Program-made: the position numbers and the translations under genes | The notes under the pieces: generated by a model | Told to the model about the DNA's origin: nothing | The model's input: only the letters and a program-made list of their open reading frames with translations | Databases searched by the model: none | In this document: positions 10,078 to 18,798 of the stretch, in pieces | How positions within the stretch are numbered: the first letter of the stretch is position 1 | How the letters are laid out: each line of letters begins with the position of its first letter | Source: Candidatus Hydrogenedentota bacterium | Lineage (GTDB): Bacteria; Hydrogenedentota; Hydrogenedentia; Hydrogenedentales; SLHB01 | Assembly: GCA_963674865.2 (NCBI GenBank) | Contig: CAXXYE010000005.1 | Coordinates: 1-47,629 of the forward strand | DNA length: 47,629 nucleotides | Direction of reading: 5' to 3'

Positions 10078-11880
10078 CTACTTCTCGATGATGAATTCAT
10101 CCAATTTGTCGCCATCGACGTTGTAGGCGCGATAGACGAGGCGGTCGTTTCTGACCTGGATATCGACGATCTGGAATGTGGGGGTCTTTTCCATGGAAGC
10201 AGCGGCATAGTCACGCTCCGCGACGTCGTAGAGCTTCGTGCCGGCGACGGTGACGAGATAGACCGTTCCATCCCCGGGGTCCTTGGCTCGCTGTCCGGCC
10301 TTCATCGGATAGGTGCGCAGGTAGCCGTGATCGTGCCCTTGGAAGACGACATCAACGTCGTACTTGTCGAAGATCGCCCCCCATACCTCGCGCACGTCAG
10401 GATTATCCCGGGATGCCTTGGACGAATAGGCGGGGTGGTGATACGCAACGAACTTCCAGGTGGCGTCTGACGCGGCGAGGGTTTTCTCGAGCCAGTCGGA
10501 CTGAGCTTCCACAGGCAAATTCGAGTCGAGCATAACGAAAAGCGCTTGGCCATACTCGAACGAGTAGACGCGCTCGGGGGTGACTCCCTGGGGGCCGTTG
10601 TGCGGCAGGTGGAGCTGCTCGAGATACAGTCCTGGGAAGTCGCCGTAGAGTTCGTGATTGCCGACAACCGGCACGAGGGGCAGACGGGCGAAAGCGCCGT
10701 CGGCGTAGTGGAATAGGGCGTCCCAGTCGTCACGATAGGCGCCGCGGTTCACCTGGTCGCCCGCCGTCAGGCAGAAGGCGGCGTCCGGGCACGCCAGCAG
10801 GGCGCGGCGGAGGACGGAGGTCCAGCGATCGAATCCGTTCTGAATGTCGCCCATGTAGATGAACGAAAAGGCGGCAGAGTCTTCGGGGGCGGTGGTGAAC
10901 TCGGCCATCTCGCTCCAGTTCTTCCGAGAGCCGTCACCGACTGAATAGACGTAGGCCGTATCCGGGCGAAGGTCTTTGAGCACGGCACGGTGGCGGTGCA
11001 TGACGGCGTTGGTCAAGAGGCCAAGGTCTTCGATAGCGGCGGTCTTCGCCTTCACTCGAATGGGCTTGGTGCGTTCAAAGCGTTCGTATGGGCCTTTCCC
11101 CTGGTAGAGGACGAAGCCGCGAGCGACATCGGCACTGGTGCGCCATTGGATCGTCTGCGAGGTAGTGGGGTCCTCAGTCATCGTCAACACGATCTGATCG
11201 GGTTGCTCTGTCGCCGGGTAGTCCGTAACGCGGAAGAATCCTGCTATGTGGGCTTCTTTGCGGCGGGCGTTGTCGCCGAGGAGGAGTACCTGTCCTTCGA
11301 GTTCTTCGGGAAGCTCCGTGAGGACCTTGTCTTCCCGGTTGATGATACTGGGAGTGCCCTTTGTCGCGACGGCGAGGGCGTGGGTGGGAGGATATACCTC
11401 GGTTACGGTAAGCGGCGCGCCTTGCCGTTGGGGCGCGATGACGGCGCAGTAGTGATTGCCGTCGCCGCTGAGTGAGTTGACGCCAAGGCCGACGATGCCT
11501 TCCGGGAAATCCTTCTGCCAGACTTGCCGGGCGCCGTTATCGACTGACGCCTTTTTGTCCGTCAAGGTGAAGCCACGCTCTTCGAGCCAGAAGGCGTCGT
11601 GTTCCAGGCGTGCCTCCAGGAGCACCGATACGGTGACGGGCACGTTTACGCGGCAGGTGATGTAGCCTGAGCCAAGTTCGGTGCGCTCGTGTTCTGTGAG
11701 CAGCGAGGCCACCTCAGGCGGGGTGATGGCGAGCAGCTTCTCGGCGGGCTGTTCCTCCTTCAGTCGCAGGATGACCTCGCGGACGGTGTCTGTAACGTCT
11801 GCGCCGGCGGTGCTATGGAGGGGCAGAAACAGGCTGATGGCAAGGAGCAGCAGCAGCGGGAACGCAAGAAAACGCTTCAT
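10078..11880 (-). CDS. Secreted purple acid phosphatase-like metallophosphoesterase (FN3 + catalytic domain, extra N-terminal domain)
   Basis: Signal peptide; PDQIVLT..IQWRT..LRPDTAYVYSVG (FN3-like); GDIQ, GDQV, GNHE, YHHP, GHDH. Confidence 0.9.
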   Translation of the reverse strand: MKRFLAFPLLLLLAISLFLPLHSTAGADVTDTVREVILRLKEEQPAEKLLAITPPEVASLLTEHERTELGSGYITCRVNVPVTVSVLLEARLEHDAFWLEERGFTLTDKKASVDNGARQVWQKDFPEGIVGLGVNSLSGDGNHYCAVIAPQRQGAPLTVTEVYPPTHALAVATKGTPSIINREDKVLTELPEELEGQVLLLGDNARRKEAHIAGFFRVTDYPATEQPDQIVLTMTEDPTTSQTIQWRTSADVARGFVLYQGKGPYERFERTKPIRVKAKTAAIEDLGLLTNAVMHRHRAVLKDLRPDTAYVYSVGDGSRKNWSEMAEFTTAPEDSAAFSFIYMGDIQNGFDRWTSVLRRALLACPDAAFCLTAGDQVNRGAYRDDWDALFHYADGAFARLPLVPVVGNHELYGDFPGLYLEQLHLPHNGPQGVTPERVYSFEYGQALFVMLDSNLPVEAQSDWLEKTLAASDATWKFVAYHHPAYSSKASRDNPDVREVWGAIFDKYDVDVVFQGHDHGYLRTYPMKAGQRAKDPGDGTVYLVTVAGTKLYDVAERDYAAASMEKTPTFQIVDIQVRNDRLVYRAYNVDGDKLDEFIIEK

Positions 11881-12030
11881 GATAGGGAATGCCTCCAGAG
11901 GTTATGCTCGAACAAGACCCGCTGTGCGGATCGTCTTTTTACTGAAACAGATAAGTTACACCTGTTATTCACGATGTGCAATAACGGCGGTCGAAAAGCA
12001 TACTTCGTTCCCATTCGACGGTTGCCGCGC

Positions 12031-14130
12031 TCACTCGGTAGGCACTCTATACAGCCGGGTCGAATCGTCTTCGAGAGCGATGGGCAGGTGGAGTTCCACG
12101 CGTTTGGGCGCAAGGAGGTAGCCGAAGCTGTATTCGCGGGCAAGGGCCTGCCATTCCCGGGCGCTCTTCTCGGCCCAGGCCTCTTCCCATGACATGGGGA
12201 AAGGGCTGTCGTCGCCCTTCGGGGCGAAGTCGGTGCGGTAGAGGTCCCAGTACATCTTATGGAGCGTGGGGCCGAGCGATTTGTGGTAGGGGATCCAGGT
12301 GCGGGTGGCGGCGTCGGTGATCACGGGGTGGTGGAGTCTGGCCTGGAGCTGCCACTGGTAGGGATGGATGGCGATCATAACGTCCGGCTCCCCGCGCTCG
12401 TCGAGGAAGGCGCGCACGCGGTGTTCAAAAGGGGTGATGGGCAGATGCTCGCGTGAGCGTGCCTGCTCGACGGTGGTCATGATTACGACGAGGCATGAGA
12501 CTGCGACGGCTACAAGGGCGGCCACGTTGTCGAACAGGCGCCGGTTGGTGCCTCTCAGGGCCAAACCATCCAAGGCCAGGACAAGGGCGCACGCGGTGGT
12601 TGTGACGAGGGCGAGGTCGAGGCGGATCTGGTTGAAGTACAGAATGGCGCCGGCCACAAGGGCCGCCCACAGCCAGCGCAGCCAGTGCCCGTACTTGGTC
12701 GTGAGGCCCAGGATGGCGACGCCGGCGGCGACGGCAACTAAGGTGATGGGGGCGCTGTGATAGGCGAGCACAGCGCAGCCCACGAGGCCGGCCCAAGCCC
12801 AGCGAAAACGCCGGTCGCCTCTCACGGCGAGGGCCACGGCCGCGAGCGACGCTCCGGTGAGGCCGCAGACGAGCCATTCGCCGGGGACTTTGAAGATGGC
12901 AAGAGCCAGCGCCGCGACAACGAGCAAGCGGCCGCCACTTGAACCTGCCGGCCCGGCAAGGAGGCCGATCATCATGACGATCATGAGTGGGGCGAGGTAG
13001 TTGCTGAGGCGGTAAGGCATCCAACTGATCAACAGGTAAGGGATGTCGCTCTTCATCGCGTAATGAATCGCCATAATAAGCCAGACGGTCGTGGTGGTGA
13101 TGCACGCGAACAGGCCAAGCCATAGCCAGGGGCCGCGTTTGACGCGGGCCCTGCACTCGATGTGGATGGCGCCAATGCCGAGAAGCACGGCGCCCACGAG
13201 CAGGAACTGCTCGAGGCCGATGCGGAGGGCGCGGTGGTAGGTGTGGTATTTGAGGAATCCCTTCCACACTTCATCGGCGGGGAATGAGGAGAAATAGGGC
13301 CCCGCGGTCGGCGGAGGCGAGGCAAAGGTCTGCTGGATGAGGAAGAAGCCAAGGGTGATGGCCAATCCCGCCCCGCCGCCGAGGGCGAGGTCGCGCAGCA
13401 TGTCCCGACGCGGCCGGCCAAAGCCCGTGCTTTCAGGGCCGCTCGCCAATACGCCGAGGAAATGGAGGGCGAAGAGGCCGAGAACGGGGGGGAACTGGCC
13501 GATGTGGATGGCGGGCATAGAGGCGGCGAGGAAATACGCGACGCGGAGACGCCCGGCGGCGAGGAAGTAGAGTGCCAGGAGTCCGTAGCCGAGGCCGATG
13601 CCTCCGTTGGTGCTCATCTTCGGCCAGACGTAGATGGGATAGCAGCTATAGAAGTTGGCGTGGATCTCGAGCAAGGTGAGCAGGGCCGCGGCATGGCCCC
13701 AGCGGGTGCGCCGCGTGACGAGCGCTGCCAACAGGTAGACGGGGATCGTGCTGAAGGCGATGTAAAGCACGTTCCTGACGCCGTTGGCGAGGAGGGGGCG
13801 TAGCGATTCGGGCAGGAGCCTTATGAGTGCGGCAAGGCTGTACGTCTGGAAGCTGAAGGCGTTGTGTGCATGCTGATAGAGCGGATGCCCCTTCGGATAG
13901 GGGATGATGCCGAGGAGGGCTTGGGCAAACTCGTAGTTCTCGTCCCAGCGCACACCGCGAAGGCACACCAGGACCGCGGCGAACAAGAGCCAGAACGCGG
14001 CGCCAACGGCGACGGCGCGTGGCCCGGGAGGGCGCGCCGGCGCTGGGCAGGCTTCTTCCGCGTTCACGTCGAGCTTGTCCCGTGTGTCTTCCGTCACGAA
14101 ATGCCCCTCCGTGGCCAGGTTCCTTGTCAC
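12031..14130 (-). CDS. Polytopic membrane protein, possibly GT-C-fold glycosyltransferase-like
   Basis: 699 aa with more than 12 hydrophobic helices, acidic WDENYE after TM1 and a soluble C-terminal domain ending GYLL...EDDSTRLYRV. Confidence 0.6.
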   Translation of the reverse strand: MTRNLATEGHFVTEDTRDKLDVNAEEACPAPARPPGPRAVAVGAAFWLLFAAVLVCLRGVRWDENYEFAQALLGIIPYPKGHPLYQHAHNAFSFQTYSLAALIRLLPESLRPLLANGVRNVLYIAFSTIPVYLLAALVTRRTRWGHAAALLTLLEIHANFYSCYPIYVWPKMSTNGGIGLGYGLLALYFLAAGRLRVAYFLAASMPAIHIGQFPPVLGLFALHFLGVLASGPESTGFGRPRRDMLRDLALGGGAGLAITLGFFLIQQTFASPPPTAGPYFSSFPADEVWKGFLKYHTYHRALRIGLEQFLLVGAVLLGIGAIHIECRARVKRGPWLWLGLFACITTTTVWLIMAIHYAMKSDIPYLLISWMPYRLSNYLAPLMIVMMIGLLAGPAGSSGGRLLVVAALALAIFKVPGEWLVCGLTGASLAAVALAVRGDRRFRWAWAGLVGCAVLAYHSAPITLVAVAAGVAILGLTTKYGHWLRWLWAALVAGAILYFNQIRLDLALVTTTACALVLALDGLALRGTNRRLFDNVAALVAVAVSCLVVIMTTVEQARSREHLPITPFEHRVRAFLDERGEPDVMIAIHPYQWQLQARLHHPVITDAATRTWIPYHKSLGPTLHKMYWDLYRTDFAPKGDDSPFPMSWEEAWAEKSAREWQALAREYSFGYLLAPKRVELHLPIALEDDSTRLYRVPTE

Positions 14131-14224
14131 CTATTCTAGCGGAGGGTGCCCAGACAGCTAAAGGCGCGTCGTAGCGGAGTTGTGCGCACAGCGCGTTGAA
14201 CCGCGGTGGGCTTGATATGAGCGA

Positions 14225-15226
14225 ATGCGTGGCATAGGCTGGGAAGTGGAGTCTGTGTCGCCCGGGGAGCCGAAGGCAGTGTCGCGCGTTATCTCTGGTG
14301 CCTCCCGGGATGCAGGCAATCGCGACATCTTCATGGTGAGTGACGGAACGGAGGCGAGTTCCCGCGTGGAAGCCGGCTCAATGGACAGCCGACGTTGTGG
14401 CGATCTGGGGACGGCGTACTTCGCGGTGCCGGTGGGCTGGTGTCCGGAAACGGCCAATCCCTTCACCGATGATGGCCGCTACGAAGAGCAGTGGAGTTGC
14501 TTCTGCCTGATCGAGGGGGAGCGCGGCCTGGATTTCCGCGGACGCGGCGAGAACGGACTCTATACCTTCCAGTTCGGGCAGGATGCGCCGCGGCTGGAGC
14601 CGAGACTGGCCGATTTTCTCCGGTACGAGACAAGTCATGGGCGAAATGTCATCTTGGCATTTCCCGAGGTGTTCGGCCTGAAGACATTGGTGGAAAGCGT
14701 CTTGGCCGAAACACCCGGTGATGACATTGTCCGCTCCGGCGATCCGAGGTGGGTGGTACATTCCACGAATGCAGATGCCTGGGCGAGCATACGCGCGGAC
14801 GGCGAATTACGGGCTCTGTCGGTATTGCGCGAGGAGGGGAGGACGGTGCTCAGTATCGGTTTCTCGGAACTCGGGGAGCCGCCGGACTACGCGGAATACG
14901 TCGTGTTAGGGCGAGTAGACAACGTGAATCCTGAGCACGTTGTGGCATCCCAGCGGAAGGGCTTCGTTTTCACGGATGCCGATGCGCCCTATGCGCCCGG
15001 CGTGCGCCTCTACTTCGACAATCATGCGATTATCGGCGATGGCCTTGGTGTGAGAGATGGGCTTCACACGATGAAAGTGCTTCATCGTTTGCCGCTCGAG
15101 CCGTATCTGGCGATGGCTGTGGGCCTCTCGGATGTTGACGCAAAGGGTAAGATCCCTACGTGGACGCCCAACACGTTTTGGGGGGCGGCCAACGATGTCT
15201 TCTTCCGGCGCGTAGGGGCGAGCTAA
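14225..15226 (+). CDS. Hypothetical protein, possible ADP-ribosyltransferase-like fold (start uncertain; 14333 or 14381 possible)
   Basis: Long open frame filling the gap; VVHSTNADAWASIRADGELR resembles the HxT..(L)xSIxxxGL strand-helix of DarT/Tpt1-like proteins. Confidence 0.6.
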   Translation: MRGIGWEVESVSPGEPKAVSRVISGASRDAGNRDIFMVSDGTEASSRVEAGSMDSRRCGDLGTAYFAVPVGWCPETANPFTDDGRYEEQWSCFCLIEGERGLDFRGRGENGLYTFQFGQDAPRLEPRLADFLRYETSHGRNVILAFPEVFGLKTLVESVLAETPGDDIVRSGDPRWVVHSTNADAWASIRADGELRALSVLREEGRTVLSIGFSELGEPPDYAEYVVLGRVDNVNPEHVVASQRKGFVFTDADAPYAPGVRLYFDNHAIIGDGLGVRDGLHTMKVLHRLPLEPYLAMAVGLSDVDAKGKIPTWTPNTFWGAANDVFFRRVGAS

Positions 15227-15294
15227 GGGCGCGGGGGGGAGAGCAAGGGTCTACTGAGGTGGCGTGCACCAAGTGGCGCGTTCACCCCCTATAC

Positions 15295-15927
15295 TCATCC
15301 CACCTGTCGTTTGAGATGGTGAAGAATGGCGCTGACGGATGCCTCGACGGGGGCGTGGCCGTCCAGGATGAGGTGAGCCTGGTTTCGCGCGGGGGCGATG
15401 AAGCGTTCGTAGGCGGGGCGAACGGTTTGCTCGAACTGACGCCGGACGGATGCCTCGGTGCGGCCGCGTTCGCGTGTGTCGCGGTGGATGCGTCTGGCGA
15501 GGCAAAGGTCTAGGGGGAGGTCGACATGGACGGCGAGGGCGTAGCATTTGCGGATGGACTCCCAGTACAGCGCGAACAAACCTTCGATGATCACGAATGC
15601 GCCAGGGACTACCCTCTCGGTTCTACGGAGCCGGGTGTGCGTGGTGAAGTTATATACCGGCCTGTTAATAGCGCCGCCGCGGGCCAAGGCGTGTATGTGT
15701 TCCCTTAGGAGGGCCGCGTCGAGCGCGTCGGGGGCGTCGAAGTCGGCGCGGGCGCGTTCCTCGATGTCGAGATGGGACAAGTCGCGGTAGTAGGCGTCGA
15801 GTGAGATGATGGGGGTGTCATCAGCGGGCAAGGCCCGAGCGAGGCGGGTGGCCAGGAGCGTTTTCCCGGCGCACGAGGGGCCTGCTATGCCGATAAGAAC
15901 CGGTTTGGAGCCTTGACACATTGTCAC
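15295..15927 (-). CDS. udk: Uridine kinase
   Basis: IGIAGPSCAGKT P-loop, LDAYYRD, FDAPDA, PVYNFTTHTR, IIEGL, RRIHRDTRERGR. Confidence 0.9.
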   Translation of the reverse strand: MTMCQGSKPVLIGIAGPSCAGKTLLATRLARALPADDTPIISLDAYYRDLSHLDIEERARADFDAPDALDAALLREHIHALARGGAINRPVYNFTTHTRLRRTERVVPGAFVIIEGLFALYWESIRKCYALAVHVDLPLDLCLARRIHRDTRERGRTEASVRRQFEQTVRPAYERFIAPARNQAHLILDGHAPVEASVSAILHHLKRQVG

Positions 15928-16038
15928 CGTACCTCATGTCGTGAGCCGTTGAATGGGTGTTTTCCGCTCGGGGATTGTCCAATAGAGCATAAGCCGGCCA
16001 TGGGACGCAAGAGCGGCGGGGCGCCGGACTGCGGGCTA

Positions 16039-16047
16039 TGGTATAGT
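16039..16047 (+). promoter_or_regulatory. Extended -10 sigma70-type element for the enhancer-binding protein gene
   Basis: TGGTATAGT (TGnTAnnnT) about 47 nt upstream of ATG 16094. Confidence 0.45.
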
Positions 16048-16093
16048 GTTGGAAGGGAGTACTGGATCTTCTCCGAGGGGCAGGGAATTGGGG

Positions 16094-17941
16094 ATGAGGT
16101 CGACGGGAGGGAGCGAAGGGAGCGGGTATCTGCTTGTTGGGATCGGGGGCGCCAACAAGGGGAAGAGCTGGCCGATCAGCGATGTCCCGCTTGTATTGGG
16201 GCGCGCCGCGGAATGCGATATCGCGGTGAACGATCCCGTCGTGTCGCGCCGTCACTGCCGTATTGGCTGGGTTGATGAGCAAGTCCGGCTTGAAGATCTC
16301 GGCAGTCGCAATCCGGCCCTTGTCAACATGGTTCCCACTCGAAGCGGTGCACTCGTGCCTGGCGATGAGGTTGTCCTTGGAAAGGAAGCATTTCTTCTGG
16401 CCAAGGCGTTCGGCGTGCCCGGCCGGGGCGGAGAGCCGGAGGCTTCGAGCGATACGATCTCGTTGGGCGCGGGCGAGCTGTTTCGTTTGGAGCAAGGCCT
16501 GGAGGAACTGGGGAAACAGGAGCCCATCCGCACGATAGAGGACTTGGCTCAACTGTATCGTGCGGGCCAGGAGTTCAACGCTTGCGCCAGTATCGCGGAG
16601 CTGACGGACGCGGTCGGGCGCTGGGTGACGGAGCGGTTCGATCCGACGGGTTTTTGGATGGCTCGGGTGCGTGGCCGGGATGACTTAACGTTCCATCCTA
16701 TGGCGGCGGGCGTCGGCGATGCGCCGGCTGAGGCTGTTCGCGAGGCGGTTACGGAGAAGCGGGGTTTCTTGACGCAAGAGGATGGGGGGCATGGCGGCCC
16801 GGGAACGCAAGACTCGACACTCATCGTGCCGGTGGTATTTCGGGATGCCGTGATCGCTGTATTGGCCTTGCGGAACGAGTCGCCGAAGCGCGCATTCCGG
16901 GAGCCGGATCTACGGCTTCTTGCGCTGCTTGCCCAGGGGTTGGCGCCGGCGCTTCAGGCGGCCGAGTATGTTCAGGAACTTGCGCGCGACAACGTGCGGT
17001 TGAGGAATCGTGTCGGGGAGTCGCTGGAGATCGTCGGGACGAGCCGGGCGATCCGCCGCGTGCGCGGCCAGATTGCCAAGGCGGCTCGAACGGACCTCAA
17101 CGTTCTGATCACGGGCGAGACAGGTACGGGCAAGGAGTTGGCTGCGCGCCTGCTCCATGCGCGGTCGGCGCGGGGCGCTGGGCCCTTTGTTGTGGTGAAC
17201 TGTGCGGCGATCCCGCGCGATCTGGTTGAGGGGCAGTTATTCGGGCATGAGAAAGGGGCGTTCACGGGCGCTGACAGCGCGGCCGAGGGGCTGGTGGCCC
17301 AGGCGCACGGAGGCGTCCTTTTCCTGGACGAGATTGGCGATCTGAGCGCGCCGGCGCAGGCGAGTGTGCTGCGGGTGATCGAGACAGGGACATTCAGGCG
17401 TATTGGCGCCAGGGAGGAGAGCGTCGTTGACATCCGGGTGATTGCGGCCACCAACGCCGAGATTGACGACGCGATCGCGTCGGGCAGGTTCAGACGGGAT
17501 CTTTATCACCGCCTGAGCGCGTTTCTGATCACGCTGCCGCCTTTGCGGGAGCGGCCCTCCGATGTGCCGGTGCTGGCGGAGCACTTCCTTGGCATGTTCC
17601 GCGGCCAGGCGAAGCGGCCGCTACGGGGGTTCTCCCCGGAGGCCCTCGACTACTTGCGCTCACGTTCCTGGCCGGGAAATGTGCGAGAGCTTCGCAACAC
17701 GATGGCTCGGGCCGTCGCGGTGGCTCGCCAAGACGTTATTGGGCTTGAGGATCTGGTGCAAGATGGCAGCGCCGGGACAGCGGCAATTCAAGAAGTGCTC
17801 AGTCTACGGGAAGCCGAGAAGCGGCACATAGCGACTGTCTTGAGAGAGTGCCGTGGGGACGTGGGCGCGGCCGCAAAGGTGCTCGAAATTGGGCTGAGCA
17901 CGCTCTACAAGAAACTCGCCAGATACGGTATCCGTCGCTAA
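16094..17941 (+). CDS. Sigma54-dependent enhancer-binding protein, FHA-GAF-AAA+-Fis HTH
   Basis: FHA LGR...VSRRH...DLGSRN; GAF-like middle; GETGTGKE, GAFTGA, FLDEIGD, FRRDLYHRL, WPGNVREL; C-terminal HTH. No receiver domain. Confidence 0.95.
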   Translation: MRSTGGSEGSGYLLVGIGGANKGKSWPISDVPLVLGRAAECDIAVNDPVVSRRHCRIGWVDEQVRLEDLGSRNPALVNMVPTRSGALVPGDEVVLGKEAFLLAKAFGVPGRGGEPEASSDTISLGAGELFRLEQGLEELGKQEPIRTIEDLAQLYRAGQEFNACASIAELTDAVGRWVTERFDPTGFWMARVRGRDDLTFHPMAAGVGDAPAEAVREAVTEKRGFLTQEDGGHGGPGTQDSTLIVPVVFRDAVIAVLALRNESPKRAFREPDLRLLALLAQGLAPALQAAEYVQELARDNVRLRNRVGESLEIVGTSRAIRRVRGQIAKAARTDLNVLITGETGTGKELAARLLHARSARGAGPFVVVNCAAIPRDLVEGQLFGHEKGAFTGADSAAEGLVAQAHGGVLFLDEIGDLSAPAQASVLRVIETGTFRRIGAREESVVDIRVIAATNAEIDDAIASGRFRRDLYHRLSAFLITLPPLRERPSDVPVLAEHFLGMFRGQAKRPLRGFSPEALDYLRSRSWPGNVRELRNTMARAVAVARQDVIGLEDLVQDGSAGTAAIQEVLSLREAEKRHIATVLRECRGDVGAAAKVLEIGLSTLYKKLARYGIRR

Positions 17942-18130
17942 GGACCCTCGCGACGCCACCACAGCGCAATACTCCTCGCGAATCGTCTCCCCAAATTGAG
18001 AAATGCTCCGCAGAAACAGAGAATCGGTTGCACCGCCTTTCTCGTTTGGGCAGGCCTTTCTCAGCTTCATCTCCTCCTAAGGCATTCATTTCAGATGTCT
18101 TAGAGTGGGGCACCTAACCGTCCCAATCCT

Positions 18131-18146
18131 CGGCACACTAATTGCG
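18131..18146 (+). promoter_or_regulatory. Sigma54 -24/-12 promoter upstream of the stand-alone HTH gene
   Basis: CGGCACACTAATTGCG with exact GG-N10-GC spacing and GGCAC/TTGC cores. Confidence 0.65.
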
Positions 18147-18229
18147 TTTTGCCCATTAAGAGCACACCCCGGGGAAGATCCGGGTGCAGATGAGGACGGC
18201 GTTACAGTCCAATGTGTCCGAGCGAAGAC

Positions 18230-18406
18230 ATGTCGAAGGAGCAGGACGGCGAGCACGGGCCTAAGTCCTTGCGCCGCATGCGTAAAGCGCATATCGAGCG
18301 CGTGCTTCGTATGGTCGGCGGCAATGAGAGACAGGCTGCTGAACTCCTCGGTGTGGACTGCAAGGAACTGCGCCGGTGGGTTAAGCGACTTGGGGTGCAA
18401 GTGTAA
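18230..18406 (+). CDS. Stand-alone Fis-type helix-turn-helix mini-protein (58 aa)
   Basis: SLRRMRKAHIERVLRMVGGNERQAAELLGV aligns with the HTH_8 pattern and with the upstream activator's own HTH. Confidence 0.75.
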   Translation: MSKEQDGEHGPKSLRRMRKAHIERVLRMVGGNERQAAELLGVDCKELRRWVKRLGVQV

Positions 18407-18798
18407 TGAGTTCTCGAAAACGAGAATAGACTGAATCAGGGCATGGGTGAAGCGTCTTCACATACCAATAGGGGAATGACCCGGACGGACGCCGTCAGGC
18501 AGAGCAAGATGGTCTGCACCGGCCGGCGCTCCCGTGTTCTGTGGATGACGTGGTTTCGGGGCTACAGGGTGGACCACGTGATCCGTGTGCCCAGATACGT
18601 TTTTCTCGGCCAAGTCGCGTACACCAATACGTGGTGGCTCAGGAAGATCTCCGGTGAGGAAGAGGGACGGGACGAGGCATAGGCGAGCCGTCCGAAGAGA
18701 CGTTGGGGCTATCTGGGCACACGGATCCCGGCGTGAGAGCTGCCTTTGGGAAGTCAGGTGACAGTGGCGGCGTCATGGTTGAGTGGGGGGGCCGGCGC

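Noticed and set aside
18443..18682. 79-aa ORF after the mini-HTH gene
   Set aside because: No clear RBS, no recognisable motif and atypical composition; cannot be supported.
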